A stretch of DNA of 63,979 nt, counting the filler, from an uncultured bacterium (GTDB taxonomy: Bacteria; Hinthialibacterota; Hinthialibacteria; Hinthialibacterales; Hinthialibacteraceae), in NCBI GenBank assembly GCA_964449065.1. It is 15 parts of 15 records of this genome, joined end to end, with 100 filler letters (N's around TTAATTAATTAA, not from the genome) between each part and the next. Parts side by side here need not be neighbours in the genome. Positions count along the whole stretch, not along the records: positions 1 to 4,321 come from CAYVAZ010000389.1; positions 4,422 to 8,718 come from CAYVAZ010000390.1; positions 8,819 to 13,101 come from CAYVAZ010000391.1; 12 more parts are not named here. The stretch is one strand, 5' to 3'. The notes under the pieces are model-generated. The model saw only the letters and a list, made by a program, of their open reading frames with translations, was not told the origin of the DNA and did no database searches. Shown piece after piece: positions 1 through 9,842 of the stretch. A program made the position numbers and the translations under genes. Position 1 is the first letter of the stretch. Each line of letters starts with the position of its first letter.

Positions 1-1935
1 GAGACATTCTGTCTGAGATAAAGGATCTTGGCCTGCTCTCGGTATCCTTCCTCGAGGCGCTTCCGATTAGAACCGAGGATTTTCCAGACGACAGTATGTT
101 TTACCCCATCGTCGAGTCGGTTCGGAACACGTTGATCAAAGAAGAACTCCTCCCGGCCGATGACGGTTCGTTCGTGTCCGCCGGGAACGCAAAACTCGCT
201 CGCGGTGCTGACCTCAGAAAACTACTGAGCCATGTGCAGCTTGGTCAGTTGTTTCAGTCCCCAGCCACAATAAAATGGCTTGCCGGGGAAATAACCCAGG
301 ACCGAACACCTGACCTCCGCTCTTACTTAGTTAGCGAACTTGATGTGGAGGAAGTGACTCCGGACGGTTTAGCCCGAAGAATCAGCCACTCCTTTCTGTC
401 TGGCCAGCCAGATGAATGGTTTGTTGATTTTTATGGGTATCTATCCGGACAGGAGGCGCTTTGGAGAGCGCCTCGGTGGGAACGTGATCCGGGCGGCATT
501 CTACGTTCGAAGCCTATTCTTCGTCTTGCCAATGGTAGCCAGGAAGCCCCTTTCAAACCGGATGGCACAACTCCCAACGCTTTTTTGCCCCCACCTGAAG
601 AGACGGCTTTTCCAGTTGTGAGCCGGTCCATTGTCACCGATGAACAGGCTCGCACATTCCTCAAACGGCTGGGGCTCTCAGAACCCGATGTTTTTGACGA
701 TATCGTGGAAAGGGTTCTGCCCAAATACACCAAAACTGACGGAGACTCGGTTCCAGACACCGAACATCAGGCGGATATACACAAGATTGTTCGCGCCATG
801 GGCTCAGACTCTGAAGCCGGAAAAAGAAAAGTGATCCAGGCGGCAAGGCGAACGCCGTTTCTGAAGGCCACAAATCCAACTGGAGACACTGTATTCAAAA
901 AACCCGCTGAGATCTATCTCAACACATCGGCGCTGCGGCGTTATTTTTCTAGTTCCCAAGGAGTGTGGTTTCTGCATGATGAGTACACCTCGTCTGATAT
1001 AGATATTGATGTCTGGCATGACCTTGGAGTTTCCGGTCTGCCAAGGGTAATACGTTCAAAAACCGAGATCGAATATTCAACCATGGTGGTATCGGAGGGA
1101 CACTCACATTCAATCGAAAATATTGATCTCGATGGATTAGAGAATGCTTTGAGACAGTTGACACATTTATCTACCTTTGGTGAGCAACTCGATCAATGCA
1201 CACTTATTTGGAAGCTTCTGGTTAGCGTATTAGAAGAAACGCCAGGGCTTTTTCGCGCCGAATATAAATGGCACTATTATCGTTGGAAAAGCAGATACAT
1301 CGATTCGAAAGTTATAAATCTATTAAGGCTTTCGGCGTGGGTTCCGACACAAGAAGGCACACTTGAAAAGCCGGGCGAGATAACNNNNNNNNNNNNNNNN
1401 NNNNNNNNNNNNNNNNNNNNNNNNNNNNNNNNNNNNNNNNNNNNNNNNNNNNNNNNNNNNNNNNNNNNNNNNNNNNNNNNNNNNCGACGCGCCCGATAAG
1501 GAATACGAGAAACGCGAAAGAAGTGTTCGAACCACCAACGGTGCCATTGACCCGACCACATGGCTCCGGTACCAATACACGAACGAGGCCGACCAAATGG
1601 TCTGCCAGATATGCAAAGAGGAGATGCCCTTTCGGAAACGTGATGGAAATTATTATTTTGAAGCTGTAGAAGCGCTTTCAAAGGAACACTTCACAAAAGA
1701 ACTTGAAGCACAATTTCTTGCCTTATGTCCTGTGTGTGCAGCCATGTACAAAGAGTTTGTAAAATGCGATGAAGATGCAATGACTGATCTCAAAGAAAAA
1801 ATATCCAACGTCGAAAATGGCGAAGTCCAATTATCACTCGGTAAAAAGAAGACCAGCATCCGTTTTGTAGAAACTCATTATCATGATCTAAAAACTATTA
1901 TTTGTGATACCACACGAGAATTGGAAGAATTATGA
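1..1935 (+). CDS. Large sacsin/NOV-like protein with C-terminal HNH-like Zn-binding nuclease domain (5'-partial, spans a 100-N gap)
   Basis: Frame is open from base 3 through ORF 96..1384. After the gap the frame 1486..1935 reads DAPDKEYEKRERSVR...YTNEADQMVCQIC...LALCPVCAAMY (two CxxC pairs, HNH-like). Stop overlaps the next start (ATGA). Confidence 0.6.
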
Positions 1936-4061
1936 CATATCCGAAAAGGCACTTATCGATTCGTGTTCCATGGCATGATACGGGGTGGGATGGAAAGGTC
2001 TGTGTGCATCCTCGCTTAAACGGATCATGTCTACGGCTTAGACGTATTGGACAAGAAAGAGATGATAATGCTGAAGAGGAAGTGGCTGGGCAGTCGATTG
2101 AAGTTTTGACGCAGGATAAGTGGCCGTGTTGTGTAGCTGAGCGGGTCGCGTTCATGTCGCCGTTCGAATACACGAGGGTCGCCAACCACCCGTACAAGCA
2201 CACATCCGAGGGGAGTCACGGACACTTCGCTCCTACCGATTTACGCCATCCCGCCTATTCCGCTCCTGCGGTCCCATTCGCTTGGATGTTGCGGGAATCG
2301 ATGGATGAGCTCGGCGAAACATATGGTTTGGATGTGCGACCGCAGCGGGAGCCGGAATTAGGATTCTCCACACAGTGGATACAAGCCATAGAGAACCAAA
2401 AGGCACTGTCAGATTGTTTTTGCGACCACATCAAACCAGAAGAATCACTCTGTTTTTTTTACGCCAAGCAAGTTCCATTTGTCGAAGATGCGGGGGGAAG
2501 GAGAATCTTGGTCGGCGTAGGTCGGGTTTTGCATGTGTCCCCAGGAGTTGAATACCAATACTCGACCAGGGATCTGCAAGGAAAGCTGCGGTCCATGCTT
2601 TGGGAGCGTATGGTGCAGCATTCCATAAGGCCCGATTTCAAAGATGGCTTCTTGTTGCCTTACCATGCGGCTCTAGAACTGGCTGCTGACAATCCCGACT
2701 TTGACCCTGCATCTATCGCCGCATTTTCACCAGATGACCGGCTTCTTGAATTTTCACACGCTTCGCAGCTTGTAACCCACGACGCGGCAATCGCTTCCTT
2801 ACTGTCCTGCGCGGAATCTCTCAGGAAAACTATTGGAGTTTTACCTGGGCCATGGGCAAAGTGCCTGACCTGGATTGACCAACGAGTCGGAGAGTTATGG
2901 ACGGCCAGAGGGCCGTGCCCAGGGCTCGCGTCGGCGCTTTGTGCGTTTGGCATTGACCTTGGGACGTTTATCGCTCGACAGATTTCGGACAATGTCGGAG
3001 AGAATGTCGATCCTTGGCCCATGGTCGATCAAGTTCTCCGAGACCCTCAAAAGCACCTGCCTAAAGATCTGGCCAAAGGGATCGGGACGACCATTCAGGC
3101 TAAATGGAACCGTCTTCCCGAAGAGCGCCGCAATCTCCTGAAACTAATTAGCCGATTTGAAATCAGCAGAGAACAGGCGACGACGATATATGTCCAGGAG
3201 GAACGGAAAAAGGCGAATATTGACTGCTCGGATCTGTCCATATTGACCAATCCCTACTTGCTTTATGAGACGACCAGACTGACATCGACGCCAATAAGTG
3301 TCTGGACCGTTGACCGTGGTGTATTCCCTGACGAGACCATCCGGGAGAAACACCCTCTGCCTGAGCCAACCGCTTTGGACGCGGGGACAGACGCCCGCCG
3401 TGTGCGTGCCCTCAGTGTTAAAACCCTGGAGGATGCGGCTATCGCTGGAAATTCTCTGATGCCCCAGGACCAGGTTGTGCTCGCGATTCGGAACCTGGAT
3501 ATCAAGCCAGGGTGCGAAGTCGACGGTGATTTGATCAATGTCGCAAAGGACCAGTTTGAGGAAACCATAGTTGAAACGCCTCTGGCAGATGGTAGCCCTG
3601 CGTTGCAGCTTGCCCGTTTAACCGAAATGGGTGATGTGATTCGCTCCTCCATACAACAACGCATCAAAATCAATTATGACACAGTAGACAATTACGCCAT
3701 TGAAATGAAAAATGGAGCCAAATTCCCGCCATTGATCCTATTCCACGATAACTCCAACTACTATCTCGCCGATGGTTTTCATCGATATCGCGCCTATAAG
3801 AAGAACAAAATTCAGAAAATTCCATGTGAAATTCATTCAGGCACTATTCGAGACGCCGTCCTTTACGCCGTAGGAGCCAATAGCGATCATGGACTGCCAC
3901 GCACCCATTCCGATAAGCGTTACGCCGTTATGACCCTCCTTCATGACGAGGAATGGAAACAATGGAGCGACCATGAAATCGCACGTCAATGCCGTGTAAC
4001 CCAACCCTTCGTATCCAAATTTCGAGCCAGTCTCACTAATAACAATTATCAGTCAGATTAA
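1932..4061 (+). CDS. N-terminal half of a RecD-like helicase family protein fused in frame to a ParB/Srx-like + HTH domain (chimeric)
   Basis: The N-terminus HLSIRVPWHDxGWDGxVC..P..N.SC and the later NPYLLYE are typical of large RecD-like helicases. No Walker A is present. From ~3655 it reads FPPLILF..YYLADGFHRYRAY...AN..HGL....DKR...WSDHEIARQC (ParB/Srx-like + HTH). Confidence 0.6.
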   Translation: MTYPKRHLSIRVPWHDTGWDGKVCVHPRLNGSCLRLRRIGQERDDNAEEEVAGQSIEVLTQDKWPCCVAERVAFMSPFEYTRVANHPYKHTSEGSHGHFAPTDLRHPAYSAPAVPFAWMLRESMDELGETYGLDVRPQREPELGFSTQWIQAIENQKALSDCFCDHIKPEESLCFFYAKQVPFVEDAGGRRILVGVGRVLHVSPGVEYQYSTRDLQGKLRSMLWERMVQHSIRPDFKDGFLLPYHAALELAADNPDFDPASIAAFSPDDRLLEFSHASQLVTHDAAIASLLSCAESLRKTIGVLPGPWAKCLTWIDQRVGELWTARGPCPGLASALCAFGIDLGTFIARQISDNVGENVDPWPMVDQVLRDPQKHLPKDLAKGIGTTIQAKWNRLPEERRNLLKLISRFEISREQATTIYVQEERKKANIDCSDLSILTNPYLLYETTRLTSTPISVWTVDRGVFPDETIREKHPLPEPTALDAGTDARRVRALSVKTLEDAAIAGNSLMPQDQVVLAIRNLDIKPGCEVDGDLINVAKDQFEETIVETPLADGSPALQLARLTEMGDVIRSSIQQRIKINYDTVDNYAIEMKNGAKFPPLILFHDNSNYYLADGFHRYRAYKKNKIQKIPCEIHSGTIRDAVLYAVGANSDHGLPRTHSDKRYAVMTLLHDEEWKQWSDHEIARQCRVTQPFVSKFRASLTNNNYQSD

Positions 4062-4321
4062 CGCCAATTTGTCGATCTACCATGAGGCAAGTATCGAGTA
4101 AAGTATAATAAGAAACAATTACGTAATCCGGTATTGCTCTACTCATTAATCTGTGGTAAAAAGGAGGATACAATGGAGGGGCAAAATGGGAATTCATCTT
4201 TTAATATTTATTGTTCTGGTAACTTTTCCGTCTACAGGCACCAGAATACAATATGAATGGTCAGGGGATTCTAATTCAGACATTCTTTTCCCAAAATCCA
4301 TTTCTATTCTTGATGATCTAA

Positions 4322-4421
4322 NNNNNNNNNNNNNNNNNNNNNNNNNNNNNNNNNNNNNNNNNNNNTTAATTAATTAANNNNNNNNNNNNNNNNNNNNNNN
4401 NNNNNNNNNNNNNNNNNNNNN
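4322..4421. other. Artificial contig linker (N44-TTAATTAATTAA-N44). Also at 8719, 13102, 17485, 21857, 26209, 30551, 34890, 39226, 43555, 47869, 52179, 56462 and 60744
   Basis: Identical 100-nt spacer with six-frame stops occurs 14 times. Contig lengths decrease along the window. Confidence 0.98.
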
Positions 4422-4655
4422 TCAAACGGCTGACCAATTACGAAGAAACAAAGTGTTTCTTAGGAGTGACGAGTGATAAGTCCAACGAATTCAAGAAATT
4501 CTACGATTGACCGCTCTCACCCTTTTGGTGATTATTTTTCAACTGCTCCGCATTTCATAATTCTATTATATTCAGAAAGTTGTGGCATACTTTTCAATAT
4601 CAAATGCTTTTTTTAGGATTATGCTTTCCCTGGAATTCTGGTTTCAGATGGTCCT

Positions 4656-4701
4656 GGTGGGCTACGCTTCACTTTGTGCCTACCCTAAAGTTTCACCCTA
4701 C
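4656..4701. repeat. REP-like imperfect palindrome
   Basis: ggtgggctacgcttcactttgtgcctaccct...caccctac. The GTAG-type end lies on the minus strand, downstream of the sulfatase gene. Confidence 0.45.
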
Positions 4702-4746
4702 AGTTTCATTATCTCGTATGGTTGCGTGATTTGCTTTAAGTAGAAA

Positions 4747-6135
4747 CTATCCGGCGCTCTCTGTGTCTCTGTGGTTATCAAACGAAGCCACCCGTTGGCG
4801 GTAGGCATCCTGGTGGCGCTCCATGTGCCCCCACCACAAACGGTGTTTGTTTTGCAACTCAAAATAGATGTCGATATACTTGTCTTTCACGTTCGCGGTT
4901 TCGCCGATGTCTTTATTCAGGTTGAACAAATAATCTTCGCCGTCTTGATGCAGCCACTTCCACTTGCCCCAGCGTACCGCCTTTTCGTTGTGCCGTGTGA
5001 TGTTCCAAAAGAAGGTGGTCTGTACGTCCTGCACATCCATTGTCAGGTGCCGCATCAGGCTCATGCCATCGAGCGGTTTTACCGGATTGATACCGGCAAC
5101 ATCCAATATGGTGGCGGATACATCCATCGTAATGGCCGGCTGCGTTACCGTTTTCCCTTCCGGAATGATCCCCGGCAGCTGCATCACACACGGCACGCGG
5201 ATACCGCCCTCGCGCAAATGCCCCTTCCCGCCGGATAGCGGCCCATTGTCGGACAGTCTCGCCCCGCCGTTGTCATCCGTGAACACGACCAACGTGTTTT
5301 CGGTAAGTCCGTTCTTCTTCACCGCATCCAATATCCGCCCGATGCCCCAATCCATCCGTTCGACCATGGCTTTGTAGTTGCCGCGGCCGCCGAACTTAGA
5401 CCAATTTTCTTTGGTCAGCAACACCCCATCGTCATCCGGCCCCTGAAAGGGCCAGTGCGGGGCGTTGTAGGGTACATACAAAAAGAAGGGATTGTCTTTG
5501 TTGCGGTTGATAAAATCCACCGAGCGTTCGGTGATTATATCGGTGATATAGCCCTCTTTATGAACTTCGGTTTCGTCTTCATAGAGGTCATGCTTCAAAT
5601 CCATGCGGTTGTGCTTGAAGTAATCCACATTCCCCGCTTTGAAGCCGAAGAACTCATCGAACCCGTGACGCAGCGGTCCGAATTCCGGCCGGTAGCCCAC
5701 ATGCCATTTGCCGAAGCACGCGGTACTGTACCCCACCTTTTGCAGCATCTTCGATATCGTCGGTTCGCTGGGATGCAGCCCTTTATCTTTGTCCTTTTCC
5801 TGCACACTCACCACCCACTCAAAATCCGGGATGCGGTCTTGATAGCGTCCCGTCAGCAGCGCGCAGCGTGTGGGCGAACACACCGGGCATGAGGCATAAT
5901 AATCCGTAAACCGCGCCCCGTTTCGCGCGATCGAATCGATATGCGGCGTATGGATATCTTCACTGCCGTAGCAGCTTAAATCCCCATACCCCAAATCATC
6001 GCACATAATGAGAATCACGTTGGGGCTGTTTTCTTGCGAAGAAAATGGAGAAGAAGGGAGGAAAGCAGCGGCAGTTGCTGTCCCCAAAAACGAGCGTCGA
6101 GAAAGGGTAGCGATTGGTGAAGTCATGAGACACAT
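4747..6135 (-). CDS. Arylsulfatase-family (Cys-type, formylglycine-dependent) sulfatase, Tat-exported
   Basis: PNVILIMCDDLGYGD, CSPTRCALLTGRY (CxPxR), GKWHVG motifs. Twin-arginine SRRSFL signal. Confidence 0.93.
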   Translation of the reverse strand: MCLMTSPIATLSRRSFLGTATAAAFLPSSPFSSQENSPNVILIMCDDLGYGDLSCYGSEDIHTPHIDSIARNGARFTDYYASCPVCSPTRCALLTGRYQDRIPDFEWVVSVQEKDKDKGLHPSEPTISKMLQKVGYSTACFGKWHVGYRPEFGPLRHGFDEFFGFKAGNVDYFKHNRMDLKHDLYEDETEVHKEGYITDIITERSVDFINRNKDNPFFLYVPYNAPHWPFQGPDDDGVLLTKENWSKFGGRGNYKAMVERMDWGIGRILDAVKKNGLTENTLVVFTDDNGGARLSDNGPLSGGKGHLREGGIRVPCVMQLPGIIPEGKTVTQPAITMDVSATILDVAGINPVKPLDGMSLMRHLTMDVQDVQTTFFWNITRHNEKAVRWGKWKWLHQDGEDYLFNLNKDIGETANVKDKYIDIYFELQNKHRLWWGHMERHQDAYRQRVASFDNHRDTESAG

Positions 6136-6205
6136 CCGGTGAGAAAATGGTCGTTGTTATAGAGAATGACAAAAATACGTTTTGTTAAATATGAACTGAA
6201 CTTCT

Positions 6206-6230
6206 GGCTCGGCGGGAGCCTCGCCCTCCC
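6206..6230. repeat. 25-bp REP-like repeat GGGAGGGCGAGGCTCCCGCCGAGCC. Copies at 6206-6230 (reverse), 8551-8575 and 30660-30684
   Basis: Three identical intergenic copies on two contigs. Confidence 0.85.
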
Positions 6231-6258
6231 AAAACGAACAATATTCTTGGCAACGACT

Positions 6259-6337
6259 CTAGTACAGTTTCAACGATTTATTGACGGGTATCAATCCCCC
6301 CTAGTCCCCCTTAACAAGGAGGGAAACAACGGATAGC
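6259..6337 (+). repeat. MITE family A, partial copy (left end)
   Basis: ctagtacagtttcaa...tgacggg...ccccttaacaaggaggg aligns with 8407-8517. Confidence 0.75.
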
Positions 6338-6404
6338 GGTATGAAGTAAAAAACCGTTTGATCCACTCTCCCATAACCCCAATATCATTAAGTTAAGCCT
6401 AAAT

Positions 6405-6481
6405 CCCAGGGTTAAAACCCTGGGCTATTACAACTGTCCCTTTAGGGACAGGCTAGAATAGCCCAGCCTTTCAAGGCTGGG
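6405..6481. repeat. Cluster of short palindromes (cccagggttaaaaccctggg; tgtccctttagggaca; cccagcctttcaaggctggg)
   Basis: Three adjacent hairpin-forming REP-like units downstream of the tRNA. Confidence 0.6.
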
Positions 6482-6586
6482 TGAGGAGAACATGTCTTCA
6501 CTTTATGGCATTGCCCCTAACCCCCACCAGGCTTGGGTGAGGGAATCTCTCTTCAAACGCCTGACCACTTACAAAATCAGGAAAAC

Positions 6587-6669
6587 TAGCCGAGGAGGGA
6601 TTCGAACCCTCAAGCCCTTGCGGGCAAGGGATTTTAAGTCCCTCGTGTATACCATTCCACCACTCGGCC
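6587..6669 (-). tRNA. tRNA-Leu (anticodon UAA), CCA not encoded
   Basis: GGCCGAG/CTCGGCT acceptor stem, D-arm GTGGAATGGTATACAC, anticodon arm AGGGA-CTTAAAA-TCCCT, long variable arm, T-arm GAGGG-TTCGAAT-CCCTC, discriminator A. Confidence 0.96.
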
Positions 6670-6752
6670 TTTTCCTTACGTCTACAAATTCCCAAGTTTC
6701 CCAACTGCGACGTTGGGGTATGTTACCACGTCATCAAAAAATCGGAATAGCA

Positions 6753-8369
6753 TTAACGCAGGAAATCGAGCAGGTAATTGTCTTCCTCACCGTCTAAAAA
6801 CGGAGAGACCCGCTGGTCGGGGCTATAGTGGTGAACCTTTTGCAGCAAGCTGGAGCGCGCCCGGTTAAACAGGACCCGTGCCTGCACCAAACTGTTGCGG
6901 CTGGTGGCCAAGTCAATCTGAAAGTCCTGCATATCCCGGAAGGTAATCCGGCCGAACTCGCGGAACTGAATCAGCGCGTTATCCAAGGTCGCCCGTGCTT
7001 GCTCCACATTGAGGGTCAAGATGTTAATTCGCTGATCTTGCAGTTGCAATTCACGTAAATCTTCGAATGCTTCTTGCACCAACTGACGTTCCAAGTTCCA
7101 TAAGTTAATGCGCTGCTGCTCCAAGGTTTCTTGCAGCGCCCGCACCCGCGCCTTGGTGGCCCCGCCATCGATAATCGGCCAGTTAAAGATCAAACCGATG
7201 GTGGCGGTTTGCGCGCCTTCATCATCCCGAAAAAACGAAGACGACAAAGACAATTCGGGTTGTTGTCCTAAACGGGTTACGCGCAAGTTGTTTTCCAACT
7301 GTTGAATTCCCAATTGCAAATCCTTGATTTCCAGGTTGGTCGAGGTAATCAACCCGATATATTCCTCGGAACTCATTGGCAGCGGCTCCACCGCCAACTC
7401 ATTAGTAAGTTGCAGTTGTGTATCCACGGGCGTACCCAACAAGATGTTAAACTGCTCGATGTTGCTGAGCAATGCCCCTTCTTGCTGGATAAAGGTGGCC
7501 TCTTGATTTAGGGTATCCACTTCCGCCTGCTGTACGTTGACCAACGCTTCCCGTTCGTTTTCATACTGCACCCGCAGCACAAACTCGATTTGCTTGGCTT
7601 GCAGCCAACGTTCCCGCGTAATATCCAATGCTTCCTGCGTTTGTTTGATGTTCCAATAGGTATCGATTACCTGCTGTTGGACTTGTTCTTGTAGAATAAA
7701 CAGATTGTAATCGGAACGAACCACATCCAGTTCCGCGTTTTCAATATCCGTGTCGATCTGCAAACGGGGGCGGGAATTCAACGGGAAGGTTATGTCCGCG
7801 TTGATACGCGAACGAAAGTCATCGCGGTTTCCAACAGGAGAGCCGGGAGGAATGTCAAAGGCGCGCTCGGTATCGCGAACATAATCAAAAGAGGGATTCA
7901 AGTTGACGGATACGCCATTGCGAAACGTTTTTCTCACGCCGGTTCCTACATTCACAAACTCGTCGTTTTCGGAAATTCTTCCCACATCCCGAATCACCCC
8001 CAATTCGGGATCAAAGCGGGTCGTGCCTCCGGCACGCTGGGTTAAATTTTCTTCGGCAATCGCATTTAGATCGACCAATGTGCGGTACGCGCTTTCAGTT
8101 AAATCCAGATCATAAAAACTGCCTTCCAAACCGCTGCGGGCAACGCGGAGATTTGGGTTTTGCTTTTTCGCGACTTGTATCGCCTCTTCCAGCGTTAAAT
8201 CCACCACCTTGCCTTGCGAATAAAACCCATGGCCGCGCAAAATCGTTTCCGGCACCGTCACTTCATCCACCGTCTGCGCGACGGCTTCACCCACCATGGG
8301 TATATCATTTTGCGAATACCCGCCGCACGTTACCCCAAAACACAATCCCAATAATACAAACCACTTCAT
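6753..8369 (-). CDS. TolC-family outer membrane efflux protein
   Basis: Signal peptide, LTLEEAIQVAKKQNPNL start, two OEP-like helical repeats, FNWPIIDGG motif. Confidence 0.85.
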   Translation of the reverse strand: MKWFVLLGLCFGVTCGGYSQNDIPMVGEAVAQTVDEVTVPETILRGHGFYSQGKVVDLTLEEAIQVAKKQNPNLRVARSGLEGSFYDLDLTESAYRTLVDLNAIAEENLTQRAGGTTRFDPELGVIRDVGRISENDEFVNVGTGVRKTFRNGVSVNLNPSFDYVRDTERAFDIPPGSPVGNRDDFRSRINADITFPLNSRPRLQIDTDIENAELDVVRSDYNLFILQEQVQQQVIDTYWNIKQTQEALDITRERWLQAKQIEFVLRVQYENEREALVNVQQAEVDTLNQEATFIQQEGALLSNIEQFNILLGTPVDTQLQLTNELAVEPLPMSSEEYIGLITSTNLEIKDLQLGIQQLENNLRVTRLGQQPELSLSSSFFRDDEGAQTATIGLIFNWPIIDGGATKARVRALQETLEQQRINLWNLERQLVQEAFEDLRELQLQDQRINILTLNVEQARATLDNALIQFREFGRITFRDMQDFQIDLATSRNSLVQARVLFNRARSSLLQKVHHYSPDQRVSPFLDGEEDNYLLDFLR

Positions 8370-8406
8370 AGCTCAGTCTCCTAATCGCTGTCAATATAAA
8401 TAGTGT

Positions 8407-8517
8407 CTAGTACAGCGTCAACTTTTTATTGACGGGTGTTGATCCCCCCTAGCCCCCCTTAACAAGGGGGGAAACAACGGATTGCCAGCCGTCATTTTTT
8501 GATTGACAGAGTACTAG
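8407..8517 (+). mobile_element. MITE family A (~105 bp), CTAG-flanked, imperfect TIRs, internal CCCCCTTAACAAGGGGG palindrome
   Basis: CTAG-tacagcgtcaa...ttgacagagta-CTAG. Full reverse copy at 30335-30443. Partial copies at 6259 and ~48180-48258. Confidence 0.75.
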
Positions 8518-8622
8518 TAGTCTGACAGAGTCTTAATGTCGGGTCGAATTGGGAGGGCGAGGCTCCCGCCGAGCCACAGGGTTTTTACCTTACCCGACAC
8601 TTTGAACCTGTCAGTGTACTAG
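8514..8622 (+). mobile_element. MITE family B (~105 bp), CTAG-flanked, carrying the 25-bp REP-like unit
   Basis: CTAG-tagtctgacag...ctgtcagtgta-CTAG, with an inner inverted repeat tgtcgggt/acccgaca. Confidence 0.65.
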
Positions 8623-8718
8623 TAGTTCATCAAGGCTGACATGATGTGTGAATGCTTACCCATCACATGAAATGAGTGGGATCAGTCATTCACAAGCGAA
8701 GCGCAGTGCCACAACCCC
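8619..8718 (+). repeat. Repeat family C (left end TAGTTCATCAAGGCTGACATGATG), cut by contig end
   Basis: Reverse copy at 13202-13257. The downstream part (atcagtcattcacaagcg..gcgcagtg) recurs at ~48082-48110. Confidence 0.7.
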
Positions 8719-8818
8719 NNNNNNNNNNNNNNNNNNNNNNNNNNNNNNNNNNNNNNNNNNNNTTAATTAATTAANNNNNNNNNNNNNNNNNNNNNNNNNN
8801 NNNNNNNNNNNNNNNNNN

Positions 8819-9223
8819 GCTGTCTTCGGTTTCCCACCAGGGCACTCCATCACCGGCATCCAAGATCAAGTAGGGATATCCAAACGGCCGTAAAGATGGG
8901 CTAAAGCAGTAGGGAAACGCGGTTGGAATCCCATGTTTGTAGGTGTGACGCAGGACGGAATATTCTTTGGATGATTTTAAATCCTCGGTGCCGGACCAAA
9001 CGGAGAACAAGGCTTGATATAAACGCAAAATTAAACGAAAGTTGGAATCGGATGATTGCAATATGAAGTTGTATTCCTGATGGGGGAAGGAACGGTTGAC
9101 GCGGGGATCAATCTGATCCACATGCAGGTCGGGATCGCTTGGAAATGCGTTGACACAGACCGAGTTCAACGATTCTTCCAGCCAATCGTAGCTCTTTTTG
9201 GAAGAAAATTGTAAAGGATTCAC
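8819..9223 (-). CDS. Probable aminoglycoside-phosphotransferase/kinase-like protein (3'-partial)
   Basis: LILRLY...KEYSVL....HGIPT.....FGYPYLIL resembles the APH N-lobe. Truncated by the linker. Confidence 0.5.
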
Positions 9224-9390
9224 TGTACACCCATGTTTCCGCTACCGGTGCGGAATCATCTCTCTTAATCAATAATAAATACAAATAAAAACCGAGCCAT
9301 TCGGTTAAACATCGCAAAATAATCAAAAAAAGTATCGGCGAAAGTGATTCTGAACCTTACATTTATTTCTTAAAACTTCACGGAATTCCG

Positions 9391-9591
9391 TTATTGCAAT
9401 CCGTTGATGTTTAATCCCCGGCGGTTGGCTTCTACTTTCAAATGATTCAGATGAGTCATTTCCGACCGCATTTTGGCTTTATCCACGGAGTTATCCGTTT
9501 GACTTAATTGGTCTTCGTACTGATCCAACTTCACCCGGGTTGCGTAAATTTGGGTCTGTAATTCATCGTCGGTAAGGTTTTGATAATCCAT
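9391..9591 (-). CDS. Small hypothetical coiled-coil protein
   Basis: 66-aa ORF with AGGA upstream and helical composition. Confidence 0.55.
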   Translation of the reverse strand: MDYQNLTDDELQTQIYATRVKLDQYEDQLSQTDNSVDKAKMRSEMTHLNHLKVEANRRGLNINGLQ

Positions 9592-9842
9592 ATCCTACAG
9601 TCCTATACTATCGTTTTCAAAAATTAAACCATTTCCAATTAGGATTGTTAATTTAGCGCGGCGATAAGCCTCAGCGAAAGAATAACTTAGCACCTATCTT
9701 ACCTGACAATCCTAAATAACATTGGCATTATACCCTATTTGGCTTGAGGTGTAATTCGATGCGATTGTATCGAAGGGAATTTTTTGGATATACAAAAACG
9801 GGTCTATATAATTAGCAAAGAATACAAATGAAAGAGGGCACA

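Noticed and set aside
1385..1484. Two separate genes (96..1499 and 1597..1935)
   Set aside because: They are separated only by an N gap, and the downstream frame is open from the gap edge. Best read as one gene.
4322..4421. TTAATTAATTAA recurring about every 4.3 kb, and ORFs ending in ...LIN
   Set aside because: Artificial contig linker. Any gene adjacency across it is meaningless.
6400..6669. Integrative element at tRNA-Leu
   Set aside because: No integrase and no duplicated tRNA 3' end on the contig.
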